From a virus (lineage: Duplodnaviria; Caudoviricetes): a stretch of 58,885 bases of DNA. How positions within the stretch are numbered: position 1 is the stretch's first letter; each line of letters opens with the position of its first letter. Positions 27,135 through 36,669 of the stretch are shown here, one piece after another. The notes under the pieces were generated by a model, which did no database searches, had not been told where the DNA came from, and was given only the letters and a program-made list of their open reading frames with translations. The stretch spans positions 1 through 58,885 of IMG/VR virus record IMGVR_UViG_3300020123_000348; one strand, 5' to 3'. Made by a program: the position numbers and the translations under genes.

Positions 27135-30100
27135 ATGAATGTACAAGAATCTTTAGAAGTAATTAATCAAGCTTTCAATCAAGGTTTAATAACTGGTGAG
27201 AAATACTTTGAGACTCTTGAAAAAGCTCGTGGTAAAGTAGCTTTTTTAGATGGAACGATTTCAAAGAATGGTTTATATAGAAAAGATTCATCAGCTAAAA
27301 GTGGTTGGACGAAGATTGAAAATAAAAGAAAGAAAAAAGTTGTTGAAGAGAAAAAAGAAAGTAATAGTGAAATATTTATTCCAGAAGGAAAATTTCAATT
27401 AAAAATTAAACCATTAAAGGAAGGAAAAGATCCACTAATAGTTGAAGCAATTTCAGATAATTATGGAAAAGGAATTACAGTTTATATGGATGGAAAAAAT
27501 TATTATTTAACTGGAAAACAAATTCAAAATTTCTTAAAAACAGGAGAATATGAAATTATAAAAAAAGAAATCTCAAAACCTATTCAAGCTAAAAAACTAA
27601 ATGAAGATGATGAAGATGAAAACTTCGACCAAAAAGAACAATTTGAAACTAAAGAGCAATTAAATGAATTTATAAAAAATGGAGACATTACAGAACAGCA
27701 AGTTGAAGAATTCGGACAAAGAACAGAAGAACAAATTACAGAGCTTGAACCAACTATTAAGACTCTTGAAAATGAGACAACTGATCTCACAAGAACGACT
27801 ACGGAGAAACTTAGTAGATTAGATGATCAAATTGATGAGCTTATAAATAGCTCACATAAAGCGACTCCATTATTAGATGCTTATGAAAAGCGATTTGATG
27901 AATTGGATATTGAGACGTCTCATAAAGATCCAGATAAAATTGAAATTGGAGATTATGTAACCACAAAACGAGCTTTCAAAAAAGAGCCAATGAATGGTTT
28001 TGTAACTAAAATAGAAACAAAATCAATTACCATAAAGCATCCAAAAGGTGGTTGGACAGGTGACGAGAATGACTTTAATTTTATTCAGGAACATAAAGTC
28101 TCGAAAACTGATGTTGAGAGTTATTATAAATTGAAGAAGAAAATAAATGTAAATTACAATGATAATATTAGTCTTAATGAAAGTGAAATATCCGAAGATT
28201 CAACTGAATATAAACGAAACAGTGGATCCAAAAGTGAAATACAAAACTTCGAAGAATTTGAAAAAGAGCAATTACCAAGATATGCTGAAAAAGTTAAATC
28301 ATTAATTGAAAAAGTAATTGCTAAAGAATATCTTTCGGATGAAGAAGTTTCAGATTTAGGTTTTAGTATTATTCAATTAAATAAATATCAATATCAAGAT
28401 ATTTCTCAAGATTTTATTTATATTGGAACTTATTTGTCTATTGGGCGAAACAAAATTTTATTCAATAATGAAAAAACAAAAGAAACATTTATAAATAAAG
28501 GAAAAGAGCTTTTAAAACAATATCAAGATAATAATATTCAAAAGTCTGAAGAATGGTTTTTCAATCTCTTAGAACGAAAGAAACAACTGCAAGAACAACT
28601 TATAAACATAGTTGATGCAAATCCAGAATTGATAGATGATGAGATAGTAAAATCTTCAACATTAGATACTTTAGTTCCAGGATTTACAGATAATCTAAAA
28701 GAAGTTCTTCATAAAAATAAAGTCAAAGGAAAACAACATTTCTCAGATGCAATTATCATGAATGACAAAGGAGAAATTCTTATGTTATTTAGAAACATTA
28801 ATAAGAATCCAGAATTATCACATAAATGGTCATTACCAGGAGGACATATTGACAAAGAAGAAAATGCACAAGAAGCATGTATTCGTGAAACTCTTGAAGA
28901 AACAAATTTAGTTGTTGATTCATGTCAATTGTTTTATGTTAAAGAATGTGATAAAGCTATAATTAACTTTTTCAAATGCGTTATTGACTTAAATCAATTA
29001 CCTATTTTAGATGCTATGGAACATTCAAATCTTAAATGGGTGAGCAAAACAGAACTTCAAGATTTAGATTGTATTTATGACTTAAAAGATACGTTGAATA
29101 AATTGGTATTTCCTGATTTAGGTGGATTAGATAAAATTGAAAAAGAAGTTGAAATTGAGGATGATATTGTTAATGAGATAACTAAAGCTCGAAAAGTTGG
29201 AAGTTTAAATAAAGTTCATAAATTTATTAGAAAAGAAAATGGTGAATATATTTATGAAGATAAATTAGAACCAAATGTTCATAATAAAATTGATTGTAAT
29301 GAAGTTTTTGAAAATAAAGTATTTCAAAAAAACATAACAGATTTAATTAAATGGTTTAAAAAAATATTTAATGTTAAAGAGCAACATAATATTCCACTTG
29401 ATAAAAGAAAAGATCTTTGGGATGAAAATAAATTTTGGCAAAAAGATAATTTTATAAATAAATCTTTTATTGAAAAAATAAAACTTGAAAATATTTTTCC
29501 ATCACAAGAATCAACATTTATAGAACCACTTTTAGATAAACTTAATGGTTCTAAAAGTCATAGTACAGATTTACCTTTAGGTTTATTAATTGGAGATACT
29601 GGAAAAGTTTTATTATTTGATGGACATCATAGAATAGTTACTGGAATCATTAAAGGAGAAAAAGAATTTGATATTAAATTAATAAAAGTTGGAACATATC
29701 ATTTTTTTAAATATTTTGATAAGTTTAAAAACGATATTGAAAAATCTGAAATAAGTATCATTTTAAAATCAGTTGATGCTTCAATTTCAATCATTCAAAA
29801 AGCATTTGATGCAGATCAGATTAGTGAAGAAGAATATTTTAATGCACTTAAAAAAGCTCGTCATGCACATCATAAATATTTGAGGATTGAAGGTAAGAAA
29901 TACATCTATAAAGAGAATGAAGGAAAGTTAAAAGTTGATTGGAACAAAGATCTCATAAGTGATGAACAATATTTTCAAGCATTAGAAAAAGCTAAACATA
30001 TTGAAAAACGAATTCATACATCTAAAAAGACTGGAAAAAAATGGTTGGAGAATCATGAGGTTGGAAGTGATGAAGAAGAGAAATTAATTCAAACAAATGG

Positions 30101-31394
30101 CGAACTTGATAATTATGTCGAAGAACTCACTAAAGATAATGTTGAATTAAAATTTGAAGCAGGAGAAAAATCATTGCATCTTAAAATCATTGATGTAAAT
30201 AAAAATAGAAACAAAGGTCTTGGTTCTCAAGTTATGAATAAAGTAATTGAATGGGCAGATAAGAATAAAATCGTTATAGATTTAGTTCCAGCTGGAAGTT
30301 ATATTAATTCAAGAACTTTTCTTATTAATTGGTATAAGAAATTTGGATTTATTGAAAATAGAAAAGAAAATTCAAATGATGATTTTCTTTATATGTATAG
30401 ATTACCAAAACAAAAAGAAGAACCTTCAACTCAACATCAATCATCTCAATTGATAACTTATTTAGAACAACTTTCAACTTTGATGAAAGATAATCCTCAA
30501 CAAAAAGCATTTTTTGATTGGGAGAAAAACAATGCTAAACAAGTGAAAATAGTCTCAACAGCAGAAATACGATTAAAATATCCTAAGATTGATGAATATT
30601 TAAAACAAGAATGGAATCAACCAGAAGTCAAACAATGTTATTCAAATGCAGCTAAATTAGCAACTAATATTGAGAGAGTAGAATATATTGAAGGCATGAT
30701 TTCAATGATGGGAATTCCTATTGATCACGCTTGGAACAAGGTTGGTGATGAATATTTTGACATAACTAAAGATATTGCTTTGAGTGATGCAACAATTTCT
30801 AATGATGAATATCTATCAATCATAGAGTTAGATACAGAAACTACATTAGAATATATGTTAGAAACTCAAGTTTATGGCGGTTATATTCAACAAAAATATA
30901 TGCGAGATAATGGATTAACAAAACCTAAAAGTAAAACATATAAAATAGAGAAAGCTGAAAAGAATAAAAAGATAGAACTTAATCAAAATGAAAAGAAAGA
31001 AAAGAAACTTCAACTTCATGAATATGAAGATGATGACTTAAAATTGCACGCAACAAGAACAAGTGAAAAGCATTTGAAACGAATTATAAGTGAATCATCA
31101 AATCCAAGATTAAGACAATTTGCTCAAGAAGAACTTGATAATCGCGATCCAAAGAAACAAAAAGAAGTAGAAAAAGAAGATAACTTATTTGATTTGATGA
31201 TTAGTGAAGAACCGGATATTAAAAGAGGTCGTAAACCAGAAAGTGAAACGATTCATTTTGAAAAAGAACCACCGAAAGATGTCATTGAAAAACTTCATGA
31301 ACATAGAATCAAATATATGATTGGAACAACAGAAATTGAGGATGAAGAAGAAAAGTTACAAAAAGCTTTAATGTTAGAAATGGAATTAATTTAG
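27135..31394 (+). CDS. Polyvalent protein: NUDIX + ParB-like + GNAT + papain/transglutaminase-like domains
   Basis: Nudix box GHIDKEENAQEACIRETLEETNL (~28840-28910); LFDGHHR (~29620); RNKGLGSQVM..WYKKFGF (~30200-30350); QCYSNA..HAWN..YFDIT (~30630-30770). Confidence 0.82.
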   Translation: MNVQESLEVINQAFNQGLITGEKYFETLEKARGKVAFLDGTISKNGLYRKDSSAKSGWTKIENKRKKKVVEEKKESNSEIFIPEGKFQLKIKPLKEGKDPLIVEAISDNYGKGITVYMDGKNYYLTGKQIQNFLKTGEYEIIKKEISKPIQAKKLNEDDEDENFDQKEQFETKEQLNEFIKNGDITEQQVEEFGQRTEEQITELEPTIKTLENETTDLTRTTTEKLSRLDDQIDELINSSHKATPLLDAYEKRFDELDIETSHKDPDKIEIGDYVTTKRAFKKEPMNGFVTKIETKSITIKHPKGGWTGDENDFNFIQEHKVSKTDVESYYKLKKKINVNYNDNISLNESEISEDSTEYKRNSGSKSEIQNFEEFEKEQLPRYAEKVKSLIEKVIAKEYLSDEEVSDLGFSIIQLNKYQYQDISQDFIYIGTYLSIGRNKILFNNEKTKETFINKGKELLKQYQDNNIQKSEEWFFNLLERKKQLQEQLINIVDANPELIDDEIVKSSTLDTLVPGFTDNLKEVLHKNKVKGKQHFSDAIIMNDKGEILMLFRNINKNPELSHKWSLPGGHIDKEENAQEACIRETLEETNLVVDSCQLFYVKECDKAIINFFKCVIDLNQLPILDAMEHSNLKWVSKTELQDLDCIYDLKDTLNKLVFPDLGGLDKIEKEVEIEDDIVNEITKARKVGSLNKVHKFIRKENGEYIYEDKLEPNVHNKIDCNEVFENKVFQKNITDLIKWFKKIFNVKEQHNIPLDKRKDLWDENKFWQKDNFINKSFIEKIKLENIFPSQESTFIEPLLDKLNGSKSHSTDLPLGLLIGDTGKVLLFDGHHRIVTGIIKGEKEFDIKLIKVGTYHFFKYFDKFKNDIEKSEISIILKSVDASISIIQKAFDADQISEEEYFNALKKARHAHHKYLRIEGKKYIYKENEGKLKVDWNKDLISDEQYFQALEKAKHIEKRIHTSKKTGKKWLENHEVGSDEEEKLIQTNGELDNYVEELTKDNVELKFEAGEKSLHLKIIDVNKNRNKGLGSQVMNKVIEWADKNKIVIDLVPAGSYINSRTFLINWYKKFGFIENRKENSNDDFLYMYRLPKQKEEPSTQHQSSQLITYLEQLSTLMKDNPQQKAFFDWEKNNAKQVKIVSTAEIRLKYPKIDEYLKQEWNQPEVKQCYSNAAKLATNIERVEYIEGMISMMGIPIDHAWNKVGDEYFDITKDIALSDATISNDEYLSIIELDTETTLEYMLETQVYGGYIQQKYMRDNGLTKPKSKTYKIEKAEKNKKIELNQNEKKEKKLQLHEYEDDDLKLHATRTSEKHLKRIISESSNPRLRQFAQEELDNRDPKKQKEVEKEDNLFDLMISEEPDIKRGRKPESETIHFEKEPPKDVIEKLHEHRIKYMIGTTEIEDEEEKLQKALMLEMELI

Positions 31395-31419
31395 TATTTT
31401 TGCAATAAATAAAAAGAAA

Positions 31420-31686
31420 ATGGGGCAGATAATAATTTCAAGTTTAACGAAAGGCGTTGAAGTAATAAGAGAAGATGGCAGTGGTAAAATCTTTGCTAAA
31501 GATACCGTTGAAGCATCTTGGGACATAACTCAAACTATGGTTACTTTAACTAATAGATTTAATGGTAATGTTTTGTTGAAAGCGAATTATAAAAATATAA
31601 CTTTAGGAACCGATGAATCAGACCATGGAGTTTATGATAATGCTCAAGATTTATGTGAAGATCTTGATGCAATATTGAATAAGTAA
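31420..31686 (+). CDS. Hypothetical protein
   Basis: 88 aa behind class B promoter 31392-31404. Confidence 0.6.
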   Translation: MGQIIISSLTKGVEVIREDGSGKIFAKDTVEASWDITQTMVTLTNRFNGNVLLKANYKNITLGTDESDHGVYDNAQDLCEDLDAILNK

Positions 31687-31716
31687 GTGTTTAAAATTTA
31701 GTAATATTTATTTGAA

Positions 31717-31749
31717 GATCCATCTGTGAAAGCAAGTGGATTTTTTTTA
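31717..31749 (+). terminator. Intrinsic terminator
   Basis: GATCCAT-CTGT-GAAA-GCA-A-GTGGATT plus T tract. Confidence 0.65.
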
Positions 31750-31828
31750 TTTAAAATAAAAGTTATTTATTTTTTTAAAAAAGTTGTTACTTAAACTAAA
31801 ATAAGTAATAGTTATTTTTGCAATTGTA

Positions 31829-33592
31829 ATGAGTGATAAAATAAGATTTGGCATACCAATTGACATTATTAAAAGCAAAAATGCTAAAGGTGATGATGTT
31901 TATAAATTTAAAGGATTAGCTTCAACTAATGATAAAGATAATCAAGGAGAAACCTTGTTAGCTAAACAATTTGATTTGAATGATTTTAAAAATGTCAATT
32001 ATAATCATCAAGGTGCAAAAGATGCGAACGCTGTTTTAGGAGAAATTACATCTCATAACTTTGATAGAGCTGGTTTGAATGTCGAAGGAGAATTGTGGGG
32101 AGATATGCCGATGACTCCTGCTGTTGTATCTTTGATGAAACGAAAAGCTAAACAAGGTAAGAAATTGCAACTTTCAGTTGAAGGTCAGGTTTTGCAACGA
32201 GGTGCAAACAAATGTTCAAAATGTGGTAATTCATTAGAAAAATCAAGTGTATGTACTAAATGCAAAGCAAACACTCAAGGATTTAATAAGATAGTGAAAG
32301 CTAAATTAACAGGTGTTGCAGTTACATTGAATCCAATCAATGGTAATACGTTTTGTGATTTGATTGAAAAAGGGATTACTAATAATGAGTGGCTTTATTC
32401 TGATGAAGATGAATTGTTGATGAAAGCCGTTGATACTAAAATGAAAAAAGGAAAATCAATCACTAATGAAAGTGATGATGATGGAGATGATGATATGCAA
32501 ATGAGTGAGAAAGATGATTTGGAGAAATCTAATTGTCCTAAATGTAAAACATTACTTCAAAAAGGACTTTGTTCAAAATGTGGTTATACAATAGAAAAAG
32601 CTATGTCAGCAGGTTCTGATACTGGAACTGATATTACAAATAAGCAATCAAATGGTTCTGCTTTAAAGAAAGAAGATGTTGAAAGTAAAAAGAATTTATC
32701 TAATACTTTAAGTAAGTCTGAAGCTTACTCTACTATCTTTGATTATTTTTACCCTACAATTGATTTTAAAAAAGCTGGTGAAATTTATAAATTAACAGAA
32801 AAAATAAGTAAAATGGAAAAGAAGCCAATTTCAAAGGAAACTTTAAGTAAAGCATTCGAAATAATCGAACTTGCCATTAAAGAAAATGAAAATTCAGAAG
32901 TCAATGAAGCTATTGATTTGATTAAATCAGATTTCAATGATTTAGAAAAATCAGAACAAGTTGAAGAGCTTATAAAAGCAGGATATGATGAAGAAGTAGC
33001 TAACAATGCTGCTGATAAGCATGAAGATGATGAGAAGGATAAGAAAAAGAAGAAGAAACATGTTGCAAAAAAGAAAGATGATGACAATGAAGAAGAGGAA
33101 GATGAAAACTTTGAAAAAGCTTTAGGAGCAATTGAAGAAATTTCAATCAATCAAGATATGAAATTCGGAGCTCTTGGAGTCATTATTAAATCTCAATCCG
33201 AAACAATTGAGAAAATTTCCACTCAATTAGAAGAAACTACTGATGCTTTGAATGAAGCAAAAGAAGTGATTCAAAAATCTTTTGATTTGATTGAGAAAAT
33301 TTCGAAAACTGCAGTTAAATTCAACCGTCCAATTGGTGGAGCAAACGGCGTTGAACGATTTAAAGAAAATAAAGAAAATGGAAACAAGGTTTATAATATC
33401 AATAACAGAATTCAAAAAGCTGAATTGATTCAGACTCTTGATAATTTAAGCAATCTTGGTGGAAAATTCAATGAAGATCTTTTGAAAGCAGCGAGTGATT
33501 TGGAAATCGCCGGTGTTTTTGGAGACAGGAGAATGATTCCATATTTGAAAGATGTTCACAATATTGAAGTTGTAACATCTGATGGTGAGTAA
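31829..33592 (+). CDS. Prohead protease fused to scaffold
   Basis: FKGLAST..DNQGE..NYNH..LSVEG..GVAVTLNPIN HK97/S78-like protease; acidic coiled-coil C-terminus; directly upstream of the capsid gene. Confidence 0.88.
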   Translation: MSDKIRFGIPIDIIKSKNAKGDDVYKFKGLASTNDKDNQGETLLAKQFDLNDFKNVNYNHQGAKDANAVLGEITSHNFDRAGLNVEGELWGDMPMTPAVVSLMKRKAKQGKKLQLSVEGQVLQRGANKCSKCGNSLEKSSVCTKCKANTQGFNKIVKAKLTGVAVTLNPINGNTFCDLIEKGITNNEWLYSDEDELLMKAVDTKMKKGKSITNESDDDGDDDMQMSEKDDLEKSNCPKCKTLLQKGLCSKCGYTIEKAMSAGSDTGTDITNKQSNGSALKKEDVESKKNLSNTLSKSEAYSTIFDYFYPTIDFKKAGEIYKLTEKISKMEKKPISKETLSKAFEIIELAIKENENSEVNEAIDLIKSDFNDLEKSEQVEELIKAGYDEEVANNAADKHEDDEKDKKKKKKHVAKKKDDDNEEEEDENFEKALGAIEEISINQDMKFGALGVIIKSQSETIEKISTQLEETTDALNEAKEVIQKSFDLIEKISKTAVKFNRPIGGANGVERFKENKENGNKVYNINNRIQKAELIQTLDNLSNLGGKFNEDLLKAASDLEIAGVFGDRRMIPYLKDVHNIEVVTSDGE

Positions 33593-33632
33593 TAATAAAA
33601 AATAGTGTATATTAAATTTATATTTAATTAAA

Positions 33633-35132
33633 ATGGGTTCAGAATTTACCTCTTTAGAGGATTACAACAATGGCTTCTCAGATGGGGAAGTTGGAAGCAC
33701 GGCAGAGCTTTTAAAAGCTATGCAAGCAGGACAAATCACAGGTCGTGATACTGCAAATTTAGATTTAACTATTGAGCCTTTGAAAGCTGAATCGTTAGAG
33801 AGAACACTGAAACTCTTAGATTTCAGGACAAAAGACATTCGCTTGTTAAATGCAATGCCTAAAATGACAGCTTACAATACTGTAGAAGAATTTTTGCAAT
33901 TGAAAAGCTATGGTACTGATCGTGGAGGTTTTTACAATGAAGGCGAACTTTCTGATGTTGAAGATTCAACATACGTAAGACGTTCTGAATTGATTAAATA
34001 CATTCAGGTTACAGGTGAAGTTACGTTGCAAGCTCAAATGGTTCATTCATTTATTGATGCTTACAAAAAAGAAGTTGAAAACAAGACAATGTGGGTAATG
34101 CGTAAAGCAAATTCCGCAATGACTAAAGGTGATGCTGATATTGTACCACAACAATTCAATGGTTTATTCAAACAACATGCAAATATCGGATCAGGTGGTG
34201 GTCTTGATTATTTGTATGCTGATTTGGAAACTTATATGACAAGTGATGTTGTCATTGACAAACGTGGAGAATCATTGACTCAGTTCGATATTGAGAATGC
34301 AGCTGTAATTGGCGATGGACATTATGCTACATTTACTGATTTATTTGCTCCAACAAGTGCTATTTCAGCTTTGATTCAAGATTATTTCAAGATTCAAAGA
34401 TTGATTAAAGGAACTAATAATGGAGCAGTTGGTGTTACGATTCCTTCAATTGATACATCGATGGGTAACATTAAATTGTCAAGTGATAAGTTCATGAAAG
34501 CTGATTCTTCAAGACTTTTGACTGATGGGGCAACATCTCCAAAAGCACCAACTATTCCAACAATTTCTTCTCAAGCTATTGAAATAGATTCTCACAGTAA
34601 AGTAACTGCTGCTGACGCAGGTTCTCGTTACTATGCTGTTGCGACTGTAAACCGTTATGGTGAATCTGCTCTTGTTCAAATGTCAGCTTCTGCATTAGCA
34701 ATGGTTGCTGGTTATTCTGCTCAATTAGGATTTGATTACACAAATCAAGTTGGTAGTCCAACTGGTTTCAGAGTATATTCAACAAAGGTTACGACTGCTG
34801 GAGCAAACACTGGATTGAAGTTTTATCCTTTGTTTTATGTTTCAACGGCTCAACGTGCCGCTGGATATGATGGCGCCGCTGCTAATTATGTTTGGGATCG
34901 CGCAAGATTCTTGCCGGGAATGGAACAAGCATTTATGACTCAAATGGATGAGGAAGTAATGTCATTCAAGCAATTAGCTCCAATTTCAAAATTGGATTTG
35001 GCTGTGATTTCGATGAGCAAGCGATTTATTGCATTTAATTTCTGTTGCCCTAATTTATATGCTCCACAAAAGATGGTGAGGTTTGTAAATTGTTCACCAA
35101 CATTGAATGTGTCAGATCCTGATCTTGCGTAA
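33633..35132 (+). CDS. Major capsid protein (SPO1/Twort-like)
   Basis: LLKA maturation-like site, PLKAESLE, NTVEEF, QQFNGL, FN3-like insertion YYAVATVNRYGES, KQLAPISKLDLA; followed by a strong terminator. Confidence 0.92.
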   Translation: MGSEFTSLEDYNNGFSDGEVGSTAELLKAMQAGQITGRDTANLDLTIEPLKAESLERTLKLLDFRTKDIRLLNAMPKMTAYNTVEEFLQLKSYGTDRGGFYNEGELSDVEDSTYVRRSELIKYIQVTGEVTLQAQMVHSFIDAYKKEVENKTMWVMRKANSAMTKGDADIVPQQFNGLFKQHANIGSGGGLDYLYADLETYMTSDVVIDKRGESLTQFDIENAAVIGDGHYATFTDLFAPTSAISALIQDYFKIQRLIKGTNNGAVGVTIPSIDTSMGNIKLSSDKFMKADSSRLLTDGATSPKAPTIPTISSQAIEIDSHSKVTAADAGSRYYAVATVNRYGESALVQMSASALAMVAGYSAQLGFDYTNQVGSPTGFRVYSTKVTTAGANTGLKFYPLFYVSTAQRAAGYDGAAANYVWDRARFLPGMEQAFMTQMDEEVMSFKQLAPISKLDLAVISMSKRFIAFNFCCPNLYAPQKMVRFVNCSPTLNVSDPDLA

Positions 35133-35157
35133 ATTGTAAAATCAATTTAACAATAAG

Positions 35158-35191
35158 AAAGAGTAAGTGTAAAAGCTTACTCTTTTTTTTT
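35158..35191 (+). terminator. Intrinsic terminator after the capsid gene
   Basis: AAAGAGTAAG-tgtaaaag-CTTACTCTTT plus T tract. Confidence 0.85.
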
Positions 35192-35248
35192 ATTTATCTT
35201 AAATAAATTTTGTTAATTTTGCATTATTAATAACTAATAAATTATAAA

Positions 35249-35812
35249 ATGAAAATTCAATCAAAAGTATTAAAAGGCCAGAGTACACATTTACCAATAG
35301 TTGGTGAAGTAAAATTTGACAACAATGGTCTTTGCAACAAAGAAGTATCACAAGTAGATGGTGAGAAACTGTGTGAATTGATTCCTCACTTAGAAGACGT
35401 TGCAAATCCAAAACAAGATGTAATTGTTACTTCTAAGAAAACAGTAAAGGAACCTGTTGATGAAGGTGATGCTATGAAAAGGCTTAATAAAAAAGCTGCT
35501 GAATTAATCAATAAGGAAAATCAGTTAGAAACTAAAGAAAATTTCTTGAATGAAAAGGAAGCATTGTTGTTAGGAAGAGAGATGGTAATTGAAGCTAAGG
35601 AAGCTGAATTAGGTATTGAGCATCCAGAAAAAGAAGTTGGAGGTGAAGAAAAAGATGAGGAAACTGATAAAACAGAAGCTATCAATAAAATCATGAAAAT
35701 GAATCGTAAGCAATTGATGGAATTGGCTGCTGAATATCCTGAAGAAGAAACTCTTGCTTTAACTTCAAATGCTGATTATAAGAATTTCTTAGTTAAGAAA
35801 ATAGAAGAGTAA
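35249..35812 (+). CDS. Hypothetical virion-associated protein
   Basis: Position after the capsid gene; coiled coil and short helical C-terminal domain; class A-like promoter at 35193-35221. Confidence 0.6.
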   Translation: MKIQSKVLKGQSTHLPIVGEVKFDNNGLCNKEVSQVDGEKLCELIPHLEDVANPKQDVIVTSKKTVKEPVDEGDAMKRLNKKAAELINKENQLETKENFLNEKEALLLGREMVIEAKEAELGIEHPEKEVGGEEKDEETDKTEAINKIMKMNRKQLMELAAEYPEEETLALTSNADYKNFLVKKIEE

Positions 35813-35895
35813 TAATCTTAAGAATCATTAATGTCAATACGTGAAGCTGAATCAATCTTCTTGAGATATTAATGGTTCTTATTTAATCATAAGTG

Positions 35896-36669
35896 ATGGG
35901 ACAAATAACTTTAAAAGTGAAATATGATATTCAATCTGACTTAGTTATAAGTGTGGATGAGTTGAAATCAATTTATTTGTTCGGACTTCCATTGAATAAT
36001 ACAAATGGAGTATCAATCTCAGATGACACTATTGCTTTTAATATTGCTTCAGCTCAAGAGCAAATGGAGAATTTTTTATGCGTTAAATTTAAAAAACAAA
36101 TTTATCAAGAAAAATTATCATTTGATGCTGCTGATTTTTATAATTGGTCATATCTTAAAGCTACATATATGATAGTAAAACCTTTATTATTAGAAGGTTA
36201 TTTAAACACTACGAAGCAAGTTTCATACCCAACTGATTGGCTTTCAGTTAAACAAAGTTCAGATGGAATATTGTTTCATCGTAACTTATACATTGTGCCA
36301 GCAGGAAATTCATCAGCTTTAACACAAGCACAACTATTTACCGGGATAATTCCTAATCTTACATATCTTGGTTTAGCGCGAATACCGAACTATTGGGATC
36401 TTACCTATTCAACAGGCTGGAATAAAGTTCCAAAAAATATTATTGATGCTGTAGGTAAACTTGCAGCTTTGTCAATCTATCGTATCTCTGGTGATTTAAT
36501 TGTAGCGCCAGGTATTGGATCTTTTTCTATGTCAATTGATGGTTTGAGTCAATCTAAGAGCATCAAATCCTTCGATCAAAGAATTCAAACTATGTTGCAA
36601 GATTTGACTCAACGGATTTTGCCTGAATTAAAGAATTATTATGTTGGTTTAACTTTTACGGTTTGTTAG
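35896..36669 (+). CDS. Head-tail adaptor (neck protein)
   Basis: YLFG, YSTGWNKVPKNIIDAVGKLAA, GIGSFSMSIDGLSQS as in SPO1/Twort neck proteins; start GTG 35893 or ATG 35896. Confidence 0.8.
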   Translation: MGQITLKVKYDIQSDLVISVDELKSIYLFGLPLNNTNGVSISDDTIAFNIASAQEQMENFLCVKFKKQIYQEKLSFDAADFYNWSYLKATYMIVKPLLLEGYLNTTKQVSYPTDWLSVKQSSDGILFHRNLYIVPAGNSSALTQAQLFTGIIPNLTYLGLARIPNYWDLTYSTGWNKVPKNIIDAVGKLAALSIYRISGDLIVAPGIGSFSMSIDGLSQSKSIKSFDQRIQTMLQDLTQRILPELKNYYVGLTFTVC

